Below are positions 1 to 12,641 of a DNA stretch of 64,000 bases, piece after piece. A model generated the notes under the pieces. The model was not told the DNA's origin. It ran no database searches and was given only the letters and a program-made list of their open reading frames with translations. A program made the translations under genes and the position numbers. How positions within the stretch are numbered: position 1 is the first letter of the stretch; each line of letters starts with the position of its first letter. The stretch is from Botryllus schlosseri (lineage: Eukaryota). The DNA is taken from NCBI GenBank assembly GCA_051294905.1, contig CM119372.1, positions 22,260,001 through 22,324,000 on the forward strand, in the 5' to 3' direction.

Positions 1-3000
1 GATCGCATAAAATACTGATATCTATGATCTTGTGTTTCGCTGAAAAAGCTGCATAGAGAGCATTAACATCACTTTGCGGCGTGAGGTTCGCGCGCCACAG
101 AAAAGTACTTTACAGATTGATTACAGCTATATCGATGAACCTTCCTACTGAGCTTAGTCGATTTTTGTCATTCCAGTAATATAACTTCGCAGTTTCCGGA
201 TGCGCACACCGCACAGGATGCAAGTCCACTTATTCCATCGACATAACATGCCCAATGCCCATTGCCCATATATATGTTTGTGAGAGTTGACGGCGACAGT
301 GATGTCCATATAGCACAGGCTTTCACTATCTACCTACAGTAATAGGCTACTCGGAATCCAATTTGCTTACCTCTGAATGCTCTGCCTGTGTTTACGCTAC
401 TAACTGTGTGTTAGTCAATCACGGGCAATATCAGAGATAGTCATCTTTTTATTAGGCAACGCAAAAATGGTCACCAGAATCAGAAATGCAGTCAATTACC
501 TAGACATAACTAAACTATGGTAACCAAAATGGAAGATCCCTCACAATGCTCATTCAATCTACAATGCAACCTATGAGGTGCCAAGTAACATATTGACATT
601 GTAGTGTCGTGTTCGCCGTTAGCAACCTGATACGGCACTGGAGCACAATGACTGCATCCGGTACTAATCTCGCAAGGTATGAGGTAACAGTTGTAAATAC
701 CGATTTTGTTTCGTGGTATTTGATGCAAATTGCACTAGTGCTGTCATGCATCAAACTTCGTGCAAGATATCCTCAAGCACATCACACGTGACGCACTGAT
801 GTAACCACAGTAACATCAATTAGAGCACGTCGCTTTCCATAGGGTGCGATGAAGCGAGCTAACTGGTACTCGACTGCTCGCCGATTCATAGCGCCTAGCC
901 TCACAAATACGGAGATACCATTCAGTTTTGCTCCGATTTTAGATATTATCCTTTACAATCAAGCAATTGATAGCTGATGTTTACATGATGAAAGCTATTT
1001 GATTGCAGTGGGCACATTTGTATCCAACAATTGTTACTTCTGAATGCTGTGTTGTGTAGCCTATATGCCAAACTTGCATGGTTTGAACACCATATTATGC
1101 GAGATTTTATTACATGTTATCATTCCATGATACCGAAAATTCTATGATTTCAAATTTCCACACATAACATATGAATGAAATCAAATTTCGCACTCGACCA
1201 GGCTTGTTGCATGTTACTCGTACTGATCCATTGGTCACGAGTGTCACTATATTGAGGGAGTATTGCTGACCGCTTGACGCATATAGTTAGTTAGCTGGAT
1301 TTGCCAAACTGAGAAAAGGAATAGTCGGCTTGAATAACCGGCAAGAATCGTCGAATCACACAGGTTTATGATGCGAACACTATCAAAATGGAGTCCTTGA
1401 TAGATCTGTATCTGCTATCGTAACTAGTGACACTTACCAAAAGACGGTTCCAAAGTATAGAAACCCCGCCATTTAATGGATGCCTCTCATCATATGTTTC
1501 AACAGAATCAACAGCTATGTGCGCGATTGTATGGTGGTAAATATATGCTATACTTCCTGAGCTCGTAACACGTGAAAAAGTTGTCTGTAACCTGAGGTAG
1601 CTTCGAGAAAGGATTCCATGAAAATAGGTAATCATTTTCAACATGAGATGACAGCGTAGGATTTCCTTCTTTTTCATGGAGATACTTTAGGGATTCTGTA
1701 ATAATCATCAGAAATTTTCGAGAAATCCTACTCGTGTTGCTCATCCGATATTCCGTAACGAGTACAAGTACACGATAATAAGAAAGCATCCTATATTTTC
1801 CATATAAATTGGGCTAATAACATTCTTCATCATTATGTTATAAATAAATTGTCACCTACAGGAAATGCTACCGCCCAATAAGAACGCTGCATTTATAATT
1901 TGTATTCCGTACGAAAGTACATGCTCCAATAAGTTAATGAACATGCAGCACGCGTTGCATTCAGTTGTAACTGATGATACAGTGAAGGTCGCAAGGTACA
2001 GCGTAGTCTTCGTCACTGAAACGAAGTTTCTACAACGCGAAGAATCAAAGCACGTCGTAGTCATTATTGTTATTCACCGAAGTTTATTATACGATAAAAA
2101 TGAATACCGTTTAACGCAGATAAAAATGTTGGAACAGTTTCAACGTATGCAATCAGCTAAGTAAATTATTGCTGTAGTAATTTGCTAACTTTCCTCGGAA
2201 ACAATGCTGGTGTGACACGTATGATCCATGGGCCCGATCGGTCAGTCCGACCGTGTACTTATCACGTGATTATCGTCAGATATAGACAGAATAATGCGCC
2301 AACCGAGACCACATGACCTACACATAGAGTAACAAAAATGGACTAAGGTAATAATAATAGTCATGCACCAGCCTATACTTTGGGTGGAAATCGCGTAGAG
2401 TGATTATTTTTTACCGCAATGCTCGCAAAATCATAGCGTGAAAAGATGAGTTTTCAAGGCCGGAAATTTCACTGAGTGACTCTGCGTAGTGCTCACTGCC
2501 ACAAAATATCGCTAATTTACTGAAATGAAATCTTTGTTTTATCCGGAGTTCCCTTAGCACATTTGAATGCAGACGAAATAAAAACTAAATATGCAATTAA
2601 ATTATACAGACCTTGCAATATCTAAGTGGGATTTTGTGGTATTAGAGATTTACGAATTGTGAGTCACCCGTATCGTATCTCTGATAAATGCGCCTGCAAA
2701 ACCGAATTCGCCACCTTATTCTTTTCAAATTGCCAACTGCCGATATTTTTCGTATGAAGTCTCATATAGATCTCGATTTGAAAATGTGAAAACGACTAAA
2801 TACGGAATTTTCAAATTCTGAAATTTATTTGAAGTTTATTTGAAGTTACGATCCATTTACAATTTGTATGGCGACAAATCAGCAGGCTCGTGTTCACCCC
2901 GAGTATCGGTATATTATGGGAGCTTTTGAATTTTTTATGCTTGTGAGCCTTCGGTGAGAATCACTAATGAGCGGTAATTACCGACAGGAATGATAATCTC

Positions 3001-6000
3001 CCAGGTAAAAAGATTTATCACATAGCAAAACTGTAACTTTTAACTTGCGAACGATGTAGCTCCAATATGCATGACAAAGCAGCGATTGTGTATTTCTTAT
3101 GGTATAACGATTTAGATTATATCTATTACTGTGAATGGGCATGAACATTTAATATAGTCCCCCTCGTGGTGTAATTACAGCTAGGGCTCAACATTACGCT
3201 GGCCGAGCAGCATCTGCCACACAAACTATTATACTTGGTCCGCCAGCACTGTTGATCAGAGTGCCCGTGTCTCACCGCACCCGTCATGAATTGTGTCACT
3301 ACGAAAAGAAAGATGGAGTCGAAACCACTTCGTGCAGTCCATCTATCAAACTCCATACTAGGTCTAAAATATACATTGGTGATCATGATAAACCACAGTT
3401 ATATACGTAGGCCTTGCTGTTCGCATATCCACCGACGCCTATACACAGACTATACATGACCGAACTATATAGAAATTCAATCAAATTTGATTCATGGTCC
3501 GTATTTATACGTATGGATTCCACATGCTTGTACTCCAGTCTTTTGGGTGATGCTCTTCTGGTTACAATAATTTCTGCATGATAAAGTAATAAGCTAAGAA
3601 AATATACCTCATGCTAAGTAATCATTTAATTTCCAACATCTTTTGCCAAATAAATCCTTCTAAAGTATGTTTCGGCTTTTTAAAATGCAAATATAAAATG
3701 AATAACTTGGTAGAAGTAGTTCGGGTGTGTATGTGTCATCCAAACAAGGAATGAAAAAGTGTTACGGTGAGCAGCAGTGGTTCCTTGTTATGTAGACCAA
3801 CTTTCCGTTGTGAAATATTCTGGACCACCTCTAAATGTGAAATAAATTATGTCTTTGTGACGTATTAGTGACATTTAACTGACTTTGAAAGAGCATATCA
3901 AATACGATTTCATCATCTTCTATGAATCTAAGATTTAATGAGACAGAGGCCAAATTGACGGCAAGAATTTGGCGATGCCCGATTGCCGGTGGTTTGGGCG
4001 CCCAGTGTGTGGCAAAGAAACATTGCTTTTGCAATCCCGTTGGTCTTCGGGAGCCGAGAAGCTCCTTTACGAATGCCGTGTTTACGCGTATGAACTTTGT
4101 TCAGTCAATGACAATTCACAGCATGATTTACGGACACAATCAATGATCAATTGATCATGTTTATTAATAACAAATGGGGACGCAGCTTAAATAATACATG
4201 GGCTGAACCAGGACCTCTAATATATGTGAAGTCAGTTACGTCGACAAGCAACGATCTCGTTTGGGAGAAGAGAAATCATAGCGGGTTTACGAAGCGAGCT
4301 GCGGCAATTTAGCCGAAAATTGCGTCGTTATTTCACATAATTGCGGAACCCTTTCCTCGCTATGATCATTGTTGTCATTGCTGCTGTTTTTCGAGCTGAT
4401 TGTGTTAATACTGCCGTTTTCGAAACGAAAGCCTTTCATTTCGAAATAGTCACATCTCTATTGTGCTGGATTTATGGCAAAGAGTGGGGGGTGTTACATC
4501 CCGATCGTGCATACCAGCAGCGGCTGTCTTATTTACGCTTAGTATCGTAATATAGAAAGTAGCATACAGGAAAAACGAATGAGTTAGAATGCACGCAACT
4601 ATATGGCTTTTTGTATGTAAGGGATCTACCGTGCCGTTGGGAACAAATAGATCGTGGCGGTGAACCGCGTGGATGTAGTTGTGTACTAGGCCTGTCATCC
4701 ATGATACTCTGCGGAATTGATTAATTCATACTCGCGCAGTGCAGGCGAATATATGAGATTTGCATTTTCCGACTCTCGGGTCAATGCGAAACGTGCCCAA
4801 CTGCTCAATCCAGATTGTGCGGGTACATAGTAAATTGTGAGGTGTTATGCGATGGCATCTCATTCTTCCATGCCTGTGATGTGTATTCGTGCACTGTAAA
4901 ATTGTATATCAAGGTGCGTACATATAGTAGATATGGAAAATCTTCTATCTACGCTAGCATTTTTGGTAGGTAAATCTTTTTGAGTTGGCCATCTTATATT
5001 TAGCTCGCATTCTAAAAAGTGTAACTTATATATATATTTCCCCCCCTAATCATGAAAAAGAAGTGTATATCTTTGGCCGCGATGCATCGCTACTAGGGCA
5101 CCGGTAAAAATCATTTTGCCACAGAATCGAATCGCTTTTAGTCGATGGTATAGTTCAAATCTTTTTACTTTTTATATTAATGTTTTTTTTATTCGCACTA
5201 ATAAATGGTCATAGTAGCCGAAGCACCCTGGCTACCAAGACAACATCTCATCGAAATATGTCTTAAATTAAAAAGGTTGTAGAGATTTGCTTTAGTGCGA
5301 TCGGAGGCTATAGTCGCTATCAACCGTACGCGAAAAAAAACTTTTCGACTTTTTGTCAAAAGAAATGAAAAGGAATAAATATCAATGTACAAATACTTAA
5401 CTGAATTGTCTGGGAAGTCATTACTTGTTTTGCAGAGCGACGTTGTCAACAACGCTCTGAAAATCGTTACGACCATTATAATATGAGTACCTGCCTAATA
5501 TCTGTCACAATTTCTCCGTCGGTCGGGTAAAGATGACACAAGCAATCCACGCTAACCCGAATACATTTCCTAATTTGTGTAACATGAGAAGCTGATGATG
5601 AGGAATTACTAGTAAGTTATTAAATGACAACCAAGCTCGGCCTGAAAACGGTAATAGGGTGATCAAATCTCCAATAATGTGCTACTTATAGCGCGCAGGT
5701 AATGCGAAGTCTTTTTAATACTTTCTCTGTCGCATCGCCGTCAAGTTATTGATTCAGCTATGAAAATCGAGAAGGCGATACCCATATTTTTGTTAAACGT
5801 TGCCTATTGTCCGATTTGGATAATCACCGGTGAATCAAAATGGCGGTTATCTTGAAATCGCTGAATCGTGCGATTTCCTGCATTCCATTGTTTACTCGGA
5901 GTATCGGTCGCACGTCGCTTTGATCGATTCTACATCAAAACGAGTAGATAACAGGTTGTGATAATGTTCAATTAATTCGCATAAGGGGGCGAACAGCAGA

Positions 6001-8639
6001 TTTTGTGACATTCGCCAGCTTCTAGTTCGCCGATGAGTGATCGATTAACCGCAGGGTAATTTTGTAGCTGCAAATGCCGTCACATTGTTCCTAGATAATT
6101 CCGAGCGTGTGGAAATGCGATGGCAGCTTCGTGTCAAGTGTTTTGTTACAAGCCTATTCATGTTGCAGGTTTAGGCTGTGATTGGGGACTAATCGTCATT
6201 CGCTATTCTCTTTTGTGTTCTACCGGTATTGTTGCTATATTTGGAAGTCTGACTCGCGTTGTCTGTTTGTTTAATAAGAGCTACAATGAAGGCACAATCA
6301 TTCGCAATTATTTTCGCATGACATTCGTATATGTTGCGTGATGATCATCACTCGCGTACGACGGAAAGTTCGGAGAATGACCGACGACCGCTTGACTTGC
6401 GTTCCGAAAGTTCGCTCGGGTTTCGAGGCCTACTTCTCAACAAATGATTGCTAACCAAACCAGTGTAGGTCCGGAGCCCGGATATGCAGGGTTGCGGCAG
6501 GAAGGGCATCTGGCGTGAAAATGCAGCCACGTTATGATTGGGAAAGCTGATGAGATGTGGCAACCAGTGGTTGGGGACGCCAAAGAACACTCGTTTCAGA
6601 CAAATATACGTAAGCCTACCATATTTAGAACCCTACCATATTCAGAACCGATGGTTGGAGTAGGGTCAGATTAGTGGACTCGGACTCATAGACTAATATT
6701 AATTTCGAGTCCCAAATCAGCACTCAAATTAGATGTCAGTATAACGCTGCTAGCATGGGTAGCAAAACATCGGCAAATTTTACCTACAATCTCATATCGT
6801 GATGTCGGTCACAAACTGCAGAATTGTAATCACGGGAAGCTTCAGATATTTAAGTGGGTGAGAGTTAACCGGTATAGGCTGATTGCGGTCGGCTGAGCAA
6901 ATATACATAATGTGCTATAGGAAAGAGTTGGGACTTCTAATTGATAAGATATAGGCCCATATCTGCTCAAGTATAAGCAATATGGCCATGGTGCGAACAC
7001 AAGATTCGAAACCCTGTCCGACAATCAAACCCTGAAAGATTTGAGGTTCGCGTAATTACCTTGCGCAATGTACATTTTTTCATGAATATTACCATCATCG
7101 TTCAAACTTATTTACATTCCAGGTTCGTGTTATGCATCAAGCATTTCCTCTTGGTAAAAAGGCTTCCGATCGATGTCAATTTGCAAATTTGGTCACGTAG
7201 TGCGGAATTTGGCGAGCGAACTATGGTTCATCTTCAATACCGAAATATTTGCGTCATTATAATCATCATAACTCACGATTGTCGTGTAACGAATAGCGAG
7301 GTATCATTATGATCCGTTGATTGGCATGTGAAGTTTTAGACCCGTACCGAAACTAGTGGAGACTTGCGACAGGAAAATTTCGGTCGCAAACTATAATTTA
7401 CCAGCGACAAAACCAATCACTGTCCATCTACATTTCTAGACTAATCGCATAATCGGCGCGTCAGAAATTATTACACAAATATTTAATTGAACCTCTCTCC
7501 CGCGATCGTAACGCAAAGCATCATCATTCGACGAGGTGAGAGAGAGGATTATGCTTCTTTCTTCGCTTTCCGCCGCATTTCCGAGTCGGGTGTTCGAGTT
7601 TGGAGTAATTCGTTCCCTACCCGTAATTAAGAGCTAATGTTACGCCTTCGCAAGGCTAAACAGTCATTACCGTTCTAATGAGTGACGCCAATTGCAGCAA
7701 GGAATTCTGTGGATCCCCAAATTGTTCGAATGTGGAATTTTAAATTGAATTTTGAGAATTTTCGTAATATGCTTCCTATGAGATAAACGGTCAAGGCAGA
7801 GCCTTGGACCTTCGCGCATCTGATGCGTAAACCATTCAGTACCTACGATTTGACAAGAATGCGTTAATGTGTGAATGTAGAATATATGGATTGCGGGTGA
7901 AATCTAAAGCACACGCGCAGATACTGTAACATAGATAAATAGAGATAGCATGCAATATGCTGAATAATAATTGTCACCATTCGAATCATGGTTGTAAATT
8001 GACCTAAATTGCTGCTGATTTTATGACATTGCTTACAAGTTGTTAATTTTGTTTTTTGTTGCTTTACAATTCTGCCAATGTGAAATGAGGTGTACTCAGA
8101 TCACTTAAACCTGCTTTGTTCCATAGTTGAATAATTCTTTGAACCGATAGCAGACGATATAGATAATATTAAGATCTTGGCTTTCGGAGTTCGTGTGATT
8201 AGTAAAATCATTACGTTGCAAGTAGATGCTAAATAAGGTGTGAAAGCAACCAAGATCTTAAATCTGCTAGAGAGACACCAAAAATGCCAGTGCGCAAAGT
8301 TGCAGAATCAGGTGACCACACCTTACCAGATAGCAGACGTACCTCTATACTTGTCCGAGTACTCAAGTACGTTTTGCCTATACTTTTAGTACTTCTTTTT
8401 CTAGTCAAAAGTTATTTAGTAAAAACTACTTACTTTTTGCACTTTGAATTATGTAAAGTAGAAAGTAGTTTTGGGATATGCTCGCATGACTGTTATGAGT
8501 GAAATTATCGTGACAACTGGGCGAAATATATTTTCGGAAATTGTAGTGTCATTGGCCATTTTACGTTAGTCGCGGGGACGCATATTGCAATTTCAAAAGT
8601 GCTTGTTTGTTTGGGGTATTCATGGTGTTTGTCGACTAC

Positions 8640-8854
8640 TATGGTCATTTACACCAGGCCGATCTTCTTCTTATTTTCCGTAACTGCCGACTTATAGCAC
8701 GGCCCACCTCTTGGCTTTTTGTAAGACACCGCTGACGCAGATGAGGTGGCGAGGAGGAGCCTAGGTTAACCTCCAACACTTGGGTATCGGAATTCGGAAG
8801 TCGACCTCGGTCGGTGTTGCAGCCGCGGATTATACCACTGTGCTATCTCGCCAC
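8640..8854 (-). mobile_element. Possible tRNA-derived SINE inserted in a degenerate CTACTT-family element (~8330-9050)
   Basis: Minus strand begins GTGGCGAGATAGCACAGTGGTATAATCCGCGG with an A-box-like motif; the B box is degenerate. Confidence 0.4.
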
Positions 8855-9055
8855 GTATTTCAAAAGTGACCACCTCCAATTAACTGCTAAGAGTATGCGA
8901 CTCATCGAACAAACATATTTTTTGAAATTACTGGAGTGCATTTTCTACTTCTAATTGAAGTAGTTCTGACATCTTGAAATTGCTACTTTTACTTGTATTC
9001 AAGTGTAAATTTACGGCGTTACTTTTACTTGAGTAGCAATGCTGACTAGTTAGAC

Positions 9056-9661
9056 CAGGGGTTCTTAAACCGGGGTTCACGGAAAGGGCACAATGTCATC
9101 ACGAAACAACAAAACCGTCCTGTGTCTAGTCATTAGTTATCATTAGGGCAAGTTTTTGCAACTTTTGCAGCTTATTTTTACAGCTTCCTAAATACTCGTA
9201 AGATATGTAGAATGCTGTTTTAAGCTGTTTGAAGGAATCTTATAGTGCAACTTTTTGCAACTTTTGTCCATTTTTTTCATGTAACGTTTTGCAACATTTT
9301 GCCACTTTTTCGATTTTTCATGAAAGTGTTTTTGATTTTGGTGACATACACGGCCAAATTCGACTGAAATACCGTGAATCAGCACTGAAGTAACGCTCTT
9401 ATGGGTATTTCGGGAGCTGAGCCGGAAAGTTGACCTTTTTTTTAGTCAATCGAGCAAAATGTGGTCTTTTAGTGCAACTTTTGTGAAAAAAATAAATGCA
9501 ACTTTTTACTGCAACCTTTGTCAAAAATAAATGTAAATTTCCACGGATTTAACTGCAACAAAAATTTGCCCTAGTTATCATACCTTAGGTAAAATTGAAA
9601 TTTGGGGGTACGCCCACAAACATTGAACGGGTCCGCGATCAAAAAACTTTAAGAACCCCTG
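9056..9661. mobile_element. Non-autonomous hAT-type element, with a second element nested at 9144-9573
   Basis: Outer TIR CAGGGGTTCTTAAA, TSD agttagac/acttagac. Inner TIR TAGGGCAA(G/A)TTTTTG with perfect TSD gttatcat and internal TGCAAC repeats. Confidence 0.85.
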
Positions 9662-12564
9662 ACTTAGACCACACCTGCTAGATAGTCCCTTAGCACTCGG
9701 TAAATATAGAAGCTGTTGCATCATGATTACGTAAAAATATATCTATTTCACCTTTTTGTATAACCATTCCCATAGTTGCTTTAATGCATACAACTTTTGT
9801 TTTTAACTTGTGGAAACAAATTGACCATATGTTGTCACAGATATTTACCAAAATACGATTACCTTCCATACTTTGGTTTCTTTGAGCAAGAAACATTAGC
9901 GACTACCGTAGTCTTAACACGCGTTTGGTGAGCAGTTTTTCAGACGATTACTGAATACATAGTCGTCGCTTTAGGAGCAGACATCAGTCATTTCCACGCG
10001 CAGATACGAATCAAAATGGCGGTCCGCGAATTTATGATGAATTCGTCTGATGGCAATAAATACTGTCATAAAATGTAAATATATGAATTTCAAATTGATA
10101 TTTTCATACCCATAATCGCGCTCACCGAAATTGTTTCTTGTATAGTGCTTGTGAACAGGGACCTCACACAGCCGAGGTTTTACTGCACAGTTAAATGAAA
10201 TATGAATCGACGTAACCATACATATATATCATGTTTACTATAATTTACTCCTTAAACATTTCTTAATATAATGAACATCCGAAAGAATGGATTTCCTGCT
10301 GTAATAGAGGACCTGCGGGAGCGGCAAAGGGTCAAGCTCCCTCCCGTATTGTTCCATGTTTATCGTGCGTAATATGGAAGGCACTATTACATTTACGACC
10401 GGGACATTAGGGCGCCATCTACATAAATTTCGTTAAGTTGTCAGCAATTTCGGAACGACGATGCAATCATGAATTGGCTCGTAATATCTTTTATCACCCT
10501 CGGCCATGTATTCAAACTTTTGTATGCGAATTCAAGCCGAAAATATTGCGCCTCGATGCGATGATTTCAATTCTATCATCAATGATCGTATTTTTCCCGC
10601 AATGACGCGTGCGCTGTATCTGCGCAATGATATGTTTACGGTCTGTATATATATTACATAGTCGTAAGAATTCATGAGGTTTTGGGCCTCATTGACTCGC
10701 ATAACCAGCATAAAACAATAATGGCTAATATATAATTTGCACTTATCCCCAGGAAAGTCAGTTTCACAGCATAAGACTTGTAACGAGAAGATGAGCTTTC
10801 TTGTTTCATTCGATTGTGGTATGATAGGCTAATCTATAACCTAATAATTATTATGAATTCATCTACAGGGATAAGTTTTGTAACCAATAGATTTCACAAT
10901 AATTGAAGAGACACGATTTAATGAAATCTCGCTATTTTAAAACCTGAATTCTGAATATACCTAAACCGTAAAACATTAATAACGAGAATATCTGAATACC
11001 TTTAATTTATTTGGGAAGGTCATCGTATTCCATTAGCATCCCCGTTACGGTTTACGAGTTATTCATTCCGTAGACAAGCGCCAATCATAATGGATGCGGG
11101 GTCTGGTCGTATTATTGCCTTGGTGTGTAATTCGCTTTCTAGAGACGTAATATTAGCCGCAGTGAATGTGCAGCTGAAATTATGTGGATATTAACCCTTT
11201 ATTGGGTCAACATGTTTGCTACTGGATTGGTGTGCTACTGTTTACTTGCATGTATTTTTATGGTTACACACGCCCAAGAATAATTCAATAAATACATTAG
11301 TCTAGCGTAAGCTATGACAAAAGCCAGGACGACAGATGAATAAATAGAAAAAGGCGAATGAATAGCTGATAAAACATCATTATAATGACATATTTCGTGC
11401 TTGGCGCCGTCAAGTCGTTATTCAGCGTTACATGATGCATTTCAGCAGTCAGAATTAAGCATATTCCTTGTAGTAAGTTATATAAAATCGCTATTTCTCT
11501 TGATTTCGAAGACTCCCACACATTTCAATTTGAGTATCAACGAAAGCAAATATATATACAGTAGATTCATAACCACAATAGTCATTCCCGATTGGAAGCC
11601 GTAAGCAGAAGAAAAATTGATGAGAAAAAGCCATGTCGCGTCAGATAAATACATGGTTATGTGCAATAATTAGATGTATACTAGGAAACAAAAATATTTA
11701 AGCCTAAATAATCAATTGCATTTCGAATCGCTTCAAACGTCAGAGAAAAGTTAATTCTGTATCTATAATCCCGTTGATTATAACGGGAAGTGTGTCGCCG
11801 TGGAACATATAGTTATGATGGCACTTTTGTGGCTGGAGTTACCTCGAGGTGACTGAAACATAAGAGTCTGGTGTATAGAGAAAAGGCAGAACTAAATGGG
11901 GATGGAGCTTTAGAAGTTTTCCGAGAAGGCACCCCAAAGCGCCAGTGAAATGTCGAATGTGTAGACTAGGGGTGTGCTGCTAGTGCAACCGGCAGAGTAA
12001 AATGGATGTCGGTTACTATATCCATATGGTGACTTTGTATGCGGGTATTTGGGATAACATTTGTTAACAGGAATATGTATTTTACGCTTTGCGCGGTTTC
12101 CTTAAAGTCATTCACAACTGTTCCTTATTATAATTATTGTGTTCCCCACAAGGACTATAGGAAAGTTCATGTACGCACCGCGGCATGGCTTGATTTTGTA
12201 CTTTGGAGCTCCTGACATCAATATGCACGCGGCGTCACAATAGATTTGTAACGTGAGTTACTGAAATTGTCTTTAGGCCTACCTCTGTTTTACTTTCGAG
12301 AGTATCACTGAAGACCGGATGCGCACCGCTCTAAAACCCGTCGAGGGCCTTAGCTTTTCCTGTTTCTGCATATAGTAAAGGAGTCCCCGGAATTTCCTAA
12401 TATCTGCTTTACCTAGACGTTGTTTCGCCTGGACGTAACGAGAATAATTCATTCTGCAATTCATTCAATCTAACAATAGCATACGATGCTTTCTGTGTAG
12501 GAAAGTAATAAGATATACGACAGACTCTGTTTCATAAAAAAGTTGGTAAATTTCACGAAAGATA

Positions 12565-12641
12565 ATGCGTGATGCTATGGAGAAAGACGTGGACATGAAA
12601 GATTCAGAGAAAGATCCAACTGAAGACGAATACCTAAGAAG
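12565..12641 (+). CDS. Evx: Predicted first coding exon of Evx ([25 protein letters not shown])
   Basis: ATG, purine-rich open frame and a strong donor AAG|gtaagc. It ends in phase 2, matching acceptor ttattgcag|A at 15860/15861 (and also the acceptor at 17291). Confidence 0.55.

Noticed and set aside
510..2164. Short ORFs (510..728, 609..791, 1366..1789, 1865..2164) as a gene
   Set aside because: No recognisable domain and no phase-consistent exon chain; the LARYEV/VARYSV resemblance is too short to be meaningful.
3996..11420. GGCGCC Smad/BMP-response elements upstream of Evx (~3996, ~10411, ~11403)
   Set aside because: None has the exact GTCT partner at 5-bp spacing, and isolated hexamers are expected by chance.
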